From Selaginella moellendorffii (taxonomy: Eukaryota; Plantae; Lycopodiophyta), in assembly GCF_000143415.4 (NCBI RefSeq), contig NW_003314353.1:338140-402139 (forward strand): a DNA stretch of 64,000 nucleotides, given 5' to 3'. The position numbers and the translations under genes are program-made. Under the pieces are notes generated by a model. The model saw only the letters and a program-made list of their open reading frames with translations. It was not told where the DNA came from and searched no databases. The first letter of the stretch is position 1. Each line of letters starts with the position of its first letter. Shown one piece after another: positions 47,447 to 59,698 of this stretch.

Positions 47447-50400
47447 TGTTGTGCATGGTTGGATGCGGAAGTAGAGTGCCACCATCACCTTGCCAGACCA
47501 TGCAAGAGATGCAGCAAGAGCATTCATAACCCGGGTTCAAGGTGAGATTCATTAATATTCCTTTACTAAGTTTCTAATGTATTTTATTTCAAGGTGAACA
47601 ATCCGAATCTGAATCAGAGGAGGCATGATGGCATGTGGCCTTACGCCATTCCTAGGTGAGATGATACAAATAACAAGTATAAATTCTTAGTTGTTCTAGC
47701 AAATCTTACTTAAAGTTCAAGGTGAACAAGCCGAATATGAATTCATCAGATTGTTATAACAAATTGCGAGGTGATGGCATGAGGCGATACGCCATTTGAG
47801 AGTGGTAGCCATTCCTATATGAGGTGAGTGAAATATTTATTAGAAATACCTCATTCAATTGTGCATTTCTAAGTCTTGGTCCACTCAGTACTGTTTGCAT
47901 GTTTTTATTTTAATTCTTTCTCTAAAATGTTATTTAGCATGTGGCTTCATGCCATTGCTCTCCACAATCATGCATTGAATTTTTCTATCCTTGCATAATA
48001 CTTCTCCATATATATAGCATGTGCGCACATGTGATATGGTTCATTAGGCCTGATATAGTGTGTGAGGTAAAACAAAGATGATGTGACATATGCATTTACC
48101 AATCACACGTGCATAAATCTAATAATATGGCGTGTGGCCCATATTAATGGCACATAAACCCATATTGTGGGCTTACGTGCTTTATGTACCATCATTCCCT
48201 TGCAGCGTGTGTGTTGGTTTCCTTTTATAACACAACGAACTCCATATTTTAGGGTGAAGAGCGTTCTCATGGCAAGCACAAAATCTGTAAGTGAGGCAGA
48301 AAAGGAGACGGAGAAGGAGATAGGTGAAGATGTAGAATATATAAGTCTTCCAAACTCCCCGTACTATACTCTAGATGATCATTTTTCTGAACAAACGGCA
48401 ACATTAACAACTATCGAGAACGCCCCAGTAACGTCAGAGACAACAATCCAAAGCAAAACAACTGACCCGGAGAAGGATGATAGTACCGCTGAGAGTACCA
48501 AAAAGGAGGTGTCCACTAGCGCTTAGGCTTATAATGGCATGTGCCCTCATGCTATTTACTTGATCACTAAATACCTTTTTCCCTTTGCACTAGTATATCT
48601 TAATACCGGTCTGAGAAATAGAATGGCATGTGCCCTCAAGCCTTTTACTAAATCACCTTTGAAAGAAATGCAAGCCTCTATGTCGTAAAAAAAAGGTACT
48701 AGAGAAATTCCTTAATAATATGAATGTTATTTAGTTTCATGAAAATACACTAAGGGTCAAATGAGTTAAATGACTTCTCCAGACTAGCAATGCCTCTTGC
48801 TACACCTTCACAATTAGATTCACAATTAAGTTATATGTCTGGCTAATAGGAATGATGTTCATCTTGGAAAGCTCACCACACGCTCAATGAACAAACAAAT
48901 AGTGTGTGCGCACATGCCATCGCTCTTCTTTAGCTTCAGATTCAGCTTGTTCACCTTGACAATGAGATTTATTATACAACCAGATGGACTCAATCTGGAC
49001 ACAAAGTCACCGCGCTAGTCACCATGCCCCAGATATGTCTAGCCCCTGGACAAAAAACATATAATTTCACGTCATTTTCAAATGCTTGAAAATTTGTACC
49101 TAGTCCCATTTTACTGAATAAATCCCACTTTAACGAAATAGAGCTTACTCCCGCTCTCGACCTTTCAAGTCAGAGCTTTTAGTCCGAACGCATTATGCTC
49201 GTTTGGCTTTTGCTTCGGCCACTACCATGTGGCACCCTTTCAGCTCCACTTTGGGGCTTAGGGATTTGTGTCTCACACATATTTAGTAAGTTTTGAGCTT
49301 GTCCCAGAGATTAACTCCTGATACTAAAGGAGGCTTGGGGTGAAAGCCCAAAGCGTGTGTTCCTCAAGGGGGGGGGGGGTTCCAAATGTATAGTAAGGAT
49401 AGTGGGTAGGTTAGGCATGGTTGACCAACCTGAGGCATAGTCTAGCTCCCGCTTGCATGCTTGTTCTTGTTCTGCGTCCGGCTTGGGTCTAACTCCTAAG
49501 CATGGAGCCAAGGAGTGACAAAACCGAACCACATAGCAATTCCCGAGCATGTAGCCCAAGGAGTGAAGGGATGGGAGCATGGAGCGATTTGAAACAGTCT
49601 TAGAGTATCCACCTTCCCAATGCCAAGACCAGCACACAAAATGGAGCCAAACAAAGTCTAGCGCTATTTCAGTATACCGGTGACCTAACGCAAGGATATG
49701 GGTACTCCACCAGCTAGCATGGTGTCGAACTTGGGCTTAGACCCAAGTCGGATGCAGAACAAGGACAAACACGCAAATGGGAGCTAAACTATGCCTCAGG
49801 TTGGTCGGCCATGCCCAACCTACCCACTATCCCTACTATATATTTGAAACCCCCCATAGTCCCCCCCCGCCCCCCTTATTGAGGAACACACACTTTGGGA
49901 TTTCACCCCAAGCCTCCCTTACTATCAGGAGTTACTAAATATGGAATGTCTCTAGATTGCGAATTTGGACACAGGATAAACACCATTGTGTTCAGAACAA
50001 TCTCTACATTTCGTAGATATGCCAAATGAGCAAATCTAAACACTTTCCATAAATAGCATTTGGGACTGAAATGAGACTAACACAAAGGGCATGATAGTGA
50101 GGGTGTTTGGCAGACACGGTAAGCTATCATGTAGCGATATTGAGAGACTAGTCTCAATACGCGAAGGTTCTTGTCACTAGCTAGTGCAAGACATAACGAG
50201 ATGGGAACTCCTTACCGGGCTAAGTATGCTTATCTAATAATACGTAGGAATTCCATCCTTATGCTCGTCCGGTCTAAGTACACTTGAAATGCCCAGTTAA
50301 CTCCACTAGCACAAGAGGGACTGATAAAGGGCCCAGCAATACCGACCTCCTACCGTCATGGCAATAAGGAAAGAATATCCGAAAGGACTAGCCGACAGAT

Positions 50401-53400
50401 AACTTTCAATACCCAGAGTCACATTCGCGACACTCTCCCCCCCTAGGGAAGATCGACGTCCTCATCGATGCATACTCGAGTTTAGAATACTACCAAGGAA
50501 ACAACTCCAGAAAAAGTTCACGGTACTTACACTATATGAGAAATGCACCAACTTAAATGAGTTAAAGGTAACATCTTTGTCTAACACGGATGTGCTACCA
50601 GCTCAGACACCTTCCGGCCGTCCCCGACAAGGAAATGACCAATGGAGTTAGCCACCCTTGCTGCTCTAGTTGTCACCCAGCTTACAAAATGTGATATGCC
50701 CCTGCCCGCAAGAAGATAGAGAGAGAAGCCAAAGGCCCCAACCCTCATGAGCAAAGAAACCAAACCCGTCGGTAAGGTTTAGATAGACTACTGTAAACAG
50801 GCAATTAGAGTTGTTTACACGGTCACACCCTTTTGAACGGAATAAGGAACATCGACAGAGAGGTGGGTGATGTGACCAGTCGATAGTAACTACCCCATGA
50901 CAAAGTCATAGACAATGATATCTTAGAGACTTAATTATCACTGAATAAATCTTATATTAGAACACAAGAGTATTCCAAGTAAGTTATCATCCGATAAACT
51001 AGTATTATAGTATAGGAACCACCAAAATCTCCATAATTGGTAAACATAGGATTCACCATCAAACAATATTTAATAGCAAGTATATCATCAAGTAAACTCA
51101 ATGATAAAGTTTAACTATAAAAGATTGCAAACAGAATGCCAAATAACTTACGAAAGATAACTCAAAGAACACAAAGTATCATTGACTAGCAAGCAAAATG
51201 CTCACGAATGTATCACCCGAAGGAAATAACATCCGAATCTATCAAAGTGAACTCGAGCAATAATCAATAAAACAAAATGAATGCGGAAAGACCAACAAAC
51301 ATTTAGTCATGCCAACCATTGCACTAGCCAATTTGAATAGATCCCAGTCATAATACGAAGGAACTCAAGTTGCCTAAGCAAGTGTCAACCACATCTTATT
51401 GATGTCTTAAACCCAAGAGACCAATCCATAGCAACAAAGTATATGTGGTATTGCAAAAAGCCAGAAGCCATCAAAGAGAATAACTAACTATCATGAAAGA
51501 CTATCAATCATCTTATCAAGAAAGAGATGCATAATCATCGTTAAAGAAGGAATCCACCATCCTGAAGAATGGCAAATCATTTGATATCAACAATAATCAA
51601 GCAAATCCTTTTGAAAAGGATAATCAACTATCCTAGATGATAGTCAATCATCACCAATAATTGCCAGATGCAAATACTAACTTCAACATCGAAGCTAATA
51701 AGCCAAAATGCCTTCTCTAACAACTTCTAACAAATGGTCCACAAGCATGAAAACTCAAGGAACCAAAAACTCGAAGAAGCCTATAGCTAAGTTTTGCCTA
51801 ACAATGATCACGAGTCTCGCATGAATCAACTTCAATGCTAAAAGAAGAAACTATGGTACAACCCACAATATTCTCCTCAACACATCTATAAGCTAAACTT
51901 CATAATGCAAAGCTAATGAAGAGCATGTCTGCATCAATCCAAAAGCTAAGCATAACAAAGCTATGCTCAACAAGTGATCACCAAATGATCTTCCACGAAT
52001 CCATCTATAGCAAGACATAACTCACTTCATAAGAAGCACAAGAAGAATCATCAATGATTGATATATCTCAACTGAAATCCAACAAAGATTCAATCACTTC
52101 AATACCGATAACTAACTCTTCCGCTTGTAGAGTTAGTATAATCCATAACAGAATCACTTTTCAAGGAAAAGCCAAAGCTTAACCCCTACTAAATAATCTT
52201 GTTTAGAACACAACTAACTCAAACTTGCCACTCAGTTCATTTGAACGTCAACACAGTTGCTAACTAGTAAATGCACGAATGCCAATAACATAAAGCCATA
52301 GCTAAACCATTAACACTATCTTCATTAAAACTAATGAAACTCAATATCAATCCTAAGGAGAGACATCTCATTTCACTCGAATCTCAACCTCAACAATGTC
52401 AACAACAAGGCATCATTTCAATGCCATCAACATCATAACAAAGCTATAAGAAAGTAAGAGTGAATCACCAATCAAACTTTCTAGCAACCAAGCTAACCAA
52501 AGTCGAAGATACTATACTTAGTATCCAAGACCAATTCTTCAACAATACTCAGTTACAGATAACACTTCATCAAGGAGTGATTCACCACATCCAAAACTCA
52601 ATGAAATCCAACACTACAAACTAAACGTAACCAAATGATATTGACAAAGGTAGAATCAATATGCTAACATGGAAAAACCATGTAAGTCTAATGACACGAT
52701 CCTCTGCAACACCATTCAGTAAAGCAAACCCATCACTGCTAAATCATCATCGAGTGAAACAAATGTCAACAATCTTTCGACAAAGTTTACAAGCAATCAC
52801 TAGTTGCAAAAAAACTAACAATCACTCTTTCAACTTGCCTTCACAAGACCTAAACACTAAACTCACGTCATCGAGTCACACACTTGTTCAACATGAATGT
52901 AATACCCCAGGTACGAGATAAAGGTTCATGAACTAGCACAAACTATATGACCACTTGAATTCAACTCAACTGCAATAAGCTCACTAACGCATCTAGTCAA
53001 TAGCTCTGAGCATGTCTTGAAAAGGCTAGCTATGCATGATCAACACTCAGTCGAAACTAAAGTGAAGACTATGAGATGGACTCATATCGGTACACAACTT
53101 CCTCATAGACAAAGCTATAGTATGGGTATTAACATCTCAACTACAAACAACTAAGTTGGACATTACCATCCTCAGCCAAGGCGCAGGACGACCAAGACCA
53201 AGTCAAGATTAGTGAGAGCTCACTACTCTCATAAAGTCTAACGAAATACAAGGTGCAACCTGCTACCAAGCACAACGCTATAGAAGAAAGGCATAAGGGT
53301 CACTTTTCTACACCAATTCCAGACTCTATCCAACTCAATTGCCTTAGCCCCAAAAGTCAGCATCCCTTTCGGGTCGCATCATACAAACTACTTACTAAGG

Positions 53401-55835
53401 TTTAGGCTAACTGAAGTTAACTCCAACCTCTTCACTAGTTTGTATTTGCTTACGAAAACGGAATGGTTTTCGGGCAAAGTGATAACAAATCTGCCATTGG
53501 AATAGTCTAAGAAAATTTGTGGAAAATTTTCCATCCTAGAGAAAGAATGACTCTCAGTCTAGAAATGCAAACATTCAAGACTCAACCAACTTCCTCCTAC
53601 CAACAACTTCACGTAAGTTCACTTCAACACCAATTCTCATGACCCATAGTATGCTTAAGCCTCGAACATCTTTACCCATATCTCCAAATCTAACACCGAC
53701 ATCCGTAAAATGCAAAATAAACATCCAAGGCTTGATCACGAAGATCATATCTTTGAATATCTATATTGCACTAACACTCTTCTTCAATCACTTTCAAGAT
53801 CCAATGTGAAACCAAAACACTAATAAGAAAAATCACATGAAAAATCAAGCTCTAAGGAAAATTCCTCATCACTCAAAATAACAATGTCATTTCCACTAAC
53901 ACAAGTGCTAACAATGTCAATGCTTCAACTACACACTTTCTCCATCCAATAACTTACTCTAAGTGTTAACAGATCAACCGACAAGCCATAGCAAGTGAAT
54001 GCTACAACCCTTTTCCAACACTTTATGGGCAAATCCTCAAGAAAACAACGTACCAACTTAAGCTTAGCATAATGGATCACCATTGAAAATTCAATTAAAG
54101 CTACTATAATGCTACTACGTGCAAGTAGATTAGCGTCACCATCAACCACTTTGGGGTTGATCATCGTTTTAACCAAGCAACTTTGTAAACACATTGCTCA
54201 TTATCACATGGATATGATATAAGTATCACAATAACTTAATTATCAATCAAGCAACATATGAGCAATGCCAATGTCATTACTTCAAAGGTTTATGTGAACA
54301 TCAAGTGCTAACTCAATTTGACAAAATGCAACATAAATGCTTTACTCCACCGATAGAAATTTACAATACTGAACACCACTAACTTTTGTTCACAACATGG
54401 ACAAGCTCATGCCACTCTCTATCCAACCAAACTCAAAACTAATCCAACACCAAGTTACTCAAGGAGCAATAGCAAGGTTCCCCGGAAAAGAATTGAGTAT
54501 TGCAACCCAAGTCTTCTAATAGCAAGTCTAAACAAAATGGTTTAGTGGTTCACCGCTATCCATCCCACAACTTGCCATTTGTAAAACCATCATTTCCAAC
54601 ACGCATCAAGGTAGGGACTCTTGATTGCATAATATGAATACGAGCAATGAGTTAACACCTCGTTGCAAATCATTTCTTCAAAAAGAGAAAATGATTTACG
54701 TGTTTGATCCATCGTCCCTGACGACTATTTTTTCGGTCTCATCTTTGACTAAACCTCAAGTTTGCTTTCGCATTGCCTTCAGTCCAATCCAAGAAAAGTT
54801 TGTGAGAGAGCACGGCAATGACTACTTGAATCAAAAGATTAATCCCTACAGTCTTGATTGATCCACTTGTAATCATGCCTAAGAAGGATCCACTAGTGCC
54901 GTGCTAAACAACTACAAACCAGCCTATGTGCCACTCATAGTAAACCTAGGAAAAGGTTTACTTTCACCCACGGTACATGGAACAATTTATGGAACCACCA
55001 ATAGGTTAACATTAATTTTGCCAATTCAAAATGTAACCTTGAGTTGCTAATGTGCCTCACTCACGAGCCCAAGCTCAAACTCGTGCAAAATAGTACATCT
55101 CAAATCCATGCTATGAGCCCAAGAGCAAGCTCACATCATAAGGTACAATAAGGTAACCAAGATCCATACCCAAGGAACGATTACGAAACCTTTGCACCAA
55201 AACGTGTACCCACTCAGATCATTGTTTTCATCTCTGTGTATGCAACAAGACTAGTTGCCCAATCTCATTGGATAGCACTCGCTGAGACGTATCCTCTGAT
55301 ATCAAATGTAGTGCATGTGGTTTTTGTCAGGAATCCCCCAATTCTTGCCACATTCCTGACTCTCGCCGGATTCCTGACCTACAGACCACATTCCTGATTC
55401 TCGAGACACTTCCCTATTCCTGACTCTCGAAACACTTCCCTATTCCTGACTCTTGAGACACTTCCCTATTCTTGACTCTCAAGACACTTCCCGATTCCTG
55501 AGTCTCGAGCCACATTCCTGATATTGATGTGGCGCCTCCTCGACCTCAGCTATATTTAGGCCGTCCTCGATCCAAGAGTGGTGGAGCTTCATCAACCTAT
55601 AGTATATATAGGTTAGCCTTGTTCCATTTCTCCACAATCTGAATCAACACCAGTCTAAGGCTTCTTCTTTGATTTCACTAGCTTTTTCTCTTTGTCTTAG
55701 CATTTTCCAGTCTTTGATTTTGTTGGGGGTCTTGACAGTTTGATTCAGATTGTGGTTTTTGCTTTTCTTTTAGCTCGTTTTGATTATTTGATTGCCTTTG
55801 TCTTTTTCCCCCCTTTCTTTTCTTTCTTCTTGCCA

Positions 55836-56807
55836 ATGGAGTCTCCAAGCCATCCTGATTTCTTTGCCGAAGTCCTTGCAAAAATCCAGTCTTAGAATAC
55901 CGAGCTGAAAGCGACCCTTCTTCGCATGCAGCAGGAGCTTGCTTCACTTTCGGCTCAAGGATCCAGCAAAGTTCCTGAACCGAAGGTAAGTTTCCCGGTG
56001 AAATTTTCAGGCAAGCGTTCGAAGCTTCATGGATTTTTGAACCAAATGGAGCTGATCTTTGCACTTCAACATCGGCGGTACCCCACTCCCGAGTCTCAAA
56101 TTGGCGCGATTGGGACGTTGCTCGAGGGTGCAGCTTTGTCATGGTTTTCTCCTCTTCTGGAGAAGAGCATGAAAGGGGTCGTGGTTCCGGAGCTGATGGA
56201 TCTTCAATTGTTCAAAGAGAAGCTCGAAGCATGTTTTGGCGAGACGGATCGAGTTCGGGCTGCTACCACAAAGATGAGACGTCTCTCTCAGGGGTCTCGT
56301 CCTGCCTCGATCTACGCTGCAGAGTTCCAACTCCTTACTTTGGACACTCAGTGGGATGAGCGGGCCCTGATTGACCAATTTTGTTTCGGCCTCAACAACG
56401 GTGTCAAGGATTTATTGCTCACCATGGAGGATCCCAAGGACCTGTCGGACGCCATCAACAAAGCTGTTCGATGTGACAATCGCCTCTTTGAACGTCGTCA
56501 GGAAAGTTGCCGCGCCGCTGTTTTTCCGTCCCAGACTCAGGAATCCCAGCTTGAGTCTTCAGGGCATAGTCCTGAACCTACTGCTCCAATCCCGATGGAT
56601 ATTTCTTGTACTCCCCGACTCATTAGAAGGAAGTTGAGTCCTGCTGAGAAGCAACGTCGAATATCTCATAATCTTTGCCTCTACTATGCTGATCCTAATC
56701 ACAAAGCAACTGTGTGTCCCAAGAAGCCTCCCCGATTGCTCGAGTTCACTCTGCCTCAAAGTCCACCTCTGTTGCAGTCGGGAAACGACCCTGTCCAAAC
56801 CGAGTAG
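55836..56807 (+). pseudogene. gag: gag (PEG10/Ty3-type capsid + degenerate Zn knuckle)
   Basis: ATG at 55836, in-frame TAG at 55893, then PEPKVSFPVKFSGKRSKLHGFLNQ, LSQGSRPASIYAAEF, PIPMDI, LCLYYADPNHKATVCP. Confidence 0.88.
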
Positions 56808-59698
56808 GAGCTGTCTGTTTGGACTCCTTGAATAAAAATCACTTTTCTTCCTTATCAAGCTCCTCACCACCTTTCATCAAAGCCACCACCAATTCCAGCA
56901 ACTTCCGCGTCCCATGTCTCCTTTCTTTCACCGGACAATCAGGACTCAAGGCTTTGGCGCTACTGGACTCGGGTGCAACTTCCTGCTTCATGGACACGGA
57001 CTTTGCTGCCCGACATCACGTTCCTCTTTCTCCTACCATATGGGATCTGAGGGTTGAAGGCATCGGCGGGCATTTTGTGTCTCCATCTTCTGGACTTAGG
57101 GAAACGTTGCCCGTTCGAGTACACATTGGGTCCACCGTCACTGATATCGCCTTCAACATCATCAACAACAAGTCTTCCTCTGTGGTGCTCGGTCTTCCTT
57201 GGTTCCAACTACATCAGCCTCAGATTTGTTGGAAGGACTTACAGCTCATCTCTCCCACATCACCATCCCCCATGGCTTCCCCTGCTGTTCATCGAGTCCG
57301 AATTAGGAAAAGTTCCCTAAACTCACATCGGGGTTCTGTTCCTGACTCTACGAAGTTTTCACCCTCTTCTTTTTCCTCTCTTCCATCTTACACTGGACAG
57401 TATCCTCGTCTCATCATTCCATTTAGTCGTACACCTCCTCCTATCTCCATAATCACTATGCAAGAACTCCTTCATGAAGAACTTATTTTCCTTTTTGCTT
57501 TGCATGTTTTTCTTGTCAGTCTTCCTGAGAAGTATCGTGATTTTGGGGATGTGTTTGACAAGAAAAAAGCTAGTGTACTGCCTGCTCATCGGCCTTATGA
57601 CTGTCCCATTGATTTACAGGAAGGAGCGTCGCCTCCATGGGGGCCTATCTACGGGTTATCCCCGTCTGAGCTTAAGGCCCTCAAAGAGTACGTGGATGAG
57701 AACCTTGCCTCAGGGTTCATTCAGCATTCGCAGTCCCCGGCTGGAGCACCTATCTTCTTTGTCAAGAAGAAGGATGGGAGTTTGCGGCTAGTCATCGATT
57801 ACCGAGGTTTGAACAAGGTGACTGTTCGGAACCATTATCCGCTGCCCTTGATCTCGGACCTGTTGGAACGCCTCGGTGGTGCCCGCTTCTTCACCAAGAT
57901 TGACCTCCGTGGCGCATACAACCTGATCCGGATCCGGCCTGGTGATGAATGGAAGACTGCATTCCGAACCCGTTATGGCCACTTCGAGTACACTGTTATG
58001 CCATTTGGCTTGACAAATGCTCCAGCAGTTTTCCAACACATGGCGAACGACGTCTTTCGGGAGTTTCTTGATCAGATGGTGATCGTCTACCTCGATGACA
58101 TCCTCATCTACTCAAGAACTCAGGAGGAGCACGACGAACATGTACGCAAGGTGTTGGCGAAGCTGCGAGAACACGGCCTATACGCGAAGCTTGAGAAATG
58201 TTCCTTCGATCAGCAGTCTGTGGAGTTCCTTGGGTACATTGTCACTTCTGAGGGTATCACGATGGATCCTGCCAAAGTCAAGACTATTCTCGAGTGGGAG
58301 CCTCCACAATCAATGTCGGATGTTCAGGTTTTCCTTGGCTTCGCCAACTTCTACCGCAAATTCATTAATCACTACTCTGACATTATCCTTCCTCTCACGC
58401 ATCTCACTCGCAAGGATGTTCCCTTCTCTTGGTCTACTGCTGCCCAGCACGCCTTCGACACTCTCAAGGCAGCCTTCAGTTTTGCTCCCGTTTTGATCCA
58501 TGCTGATTCCTCACAACCTTTCTTCATTGAGGCTGACGCCTCCGACTTTGCCATCGGTGCTGTGCTGTCTCAACTCGGAGCGGATCAAGAACTTCATCCG
58601 GTCGCTTTCCATTCTCGGAAATTCCAGCCTGCGGAGATCAATTACGAAATCCACGACAAGGAGCTCCTTGCCATCGTGGATTCCTTTGGAGAGTGGTGCC
58701 GTTTCTTGGAGGGGGCGGGCCATCAAACAACAGTCTGGGCGGATCACAAAAATCTCGAGTACTTTGCCACTTCTTGAGTTTTAAGCCGTCGTCAAGCAAG
58801 GTGGGCACAATTCCTGAGTCGGTTTGACTTTGTTATCAAGTACAGACCTGGAAAGCTTCAAGGCCTTCCTGATGCTCTTTCAAGGTGCTCCTATCTCAGT
58901 CTCAGGCCTGGTAATCCTGCCTTCGATCAACAGGATCAAATTATCCTCAGTCCTGATCAGCTTCAAGTTATGGCAATTTCCCTGGCCCCTCAAGACTCCT
59001 CCTTGATGGATGCCATCAGAAACGATCTTCAATCCGATGATCTCGCCAGCGACATTTTCCCCCATCTTCAAGCTGGACACCCTGTGACTCCCGACTGCCG
59101 GCAATTTGACGAGTTCGAGTTCTTAGATGGCTTATTATACCATGGGGAGCAGCTTTACGTTCCTGAAGGTGATGCTCTAAGGTTGGTCCTAATGGCGTGC
59201 CACGATAGCCCGACTGTTGGTCACTTTGGCATTGCAAAAACCTATGAGCTAGTTGCACGGGACTTTTGGTGGCCTCACATGGATGACTACATCAAAGCTT
59301 TCATTACCTCCTGTGACACTTGTGCCCGGAATAAGGTACCTCGCCACCTTCCTTTAGGTTTGCTTCGTTCCCTTCCAGTCCCTTCAGGTCCTTGGGAATC
59401 CATCTCTATGGATTTCTTGAGTGATCTTCCGAGTTCTGGAGGCTTCAACAACATTTTAGTCGTGGTGGATCGCTTCACAAAGATGGCACACTTCTTGCCA
59501 TGTACCAAGGAGTTTTCGGGCGAGGACATGGCAAAACTGGTATTCATGGAAATTTTCCAACTTCATGGGATTCCTACAGATGTGGTTTCAGATCGGGGGC
59601 CTCAGTTCATCTCTCATTTCTGGCAACGGTTTTTGCAGCTGCTTGGAGTGAAGGCCAACCTCTCTTCGGCGTATCATCCTCAAACTGATGGGCAGTCG
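56780..59698 (+). pseudogene. pol: pol (protease, RT, RNase H, truncated integrase) in the -1 frame
   Basis: ALLDSGAT; LRLVIDYRGLN, WKTAFRT, MPFGLTNAP, YLDDILI; EADASDFAIGAVL; premature TGA at 58775; integrase HHCC, ISMDF, VSDRGPQF. Confidence 0.93.

Larger units (their letters stand above)
34737..48920. repeat. Dispersed 22-bp palindrome ATGGCRTG-WGGCCW-CAYGCCAT, about 25 copies
   Basis: Copies start at 35027, 36104, 36179, 37418, 37609, 37750, 39247, 40524, 40584, 40661, 42173, 42758, 42856, 42926, 44554, 44625, 46285, 47628, 47774, 47934, 48014, 48127, 48534, 48623, 48899 (some degenerate), plus a half-site near 34737. Confidence 0.92.
34641..49146. mobile_element. Large TIR DNA transposon, Sola-like (14.5 kb as assembled)
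   Basis: Perfect 24-bp TIRs AAGCTCTATTTCGTTAAAGTGGGA (34641-34664 and 49123-49146); 4-bp TSD ACTC (34637-34640, 49147-49150); internal DDD-type transposase. Superfamily assignment is inferred from the 4-bp TSD and motifs. Confidence 0.9.
32932..49277. mobile_element. Family-B LTR split by the DNA transposon (32932-34640 + 49147-49277)
   Basis: Starts TGTAAGCGACTAAA. The LTR-B sequence GTTCCACTC|CTGCTCTC is broken at 34640, resumes at 49147 and ends GTCTCACA at 49277. Confidence 0.85.
55325..59698 (+). mobile_element. Ty3/gypsy retrotransposon (Tf1/sushi/chromovirus-like), 3'-truncated
   Basis: 5' LTR 55325-55737 (TGTCA...TGACA, with roughly 29-bp tandem repeats); gag then PR-RT-RH-IN order; the integrase breaks off after SAYHPQTDGQS. 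Confidence 0.93.

Noticed and set aside
34737-48920. Palindromes as a CRISPR-like array, or as MITEs
   Set aside because: Spacing is irregular (68 bp to over 1.5 kb), there are no cas genes, the context is eukaryotic, and no consistent TSDs flank the copies.
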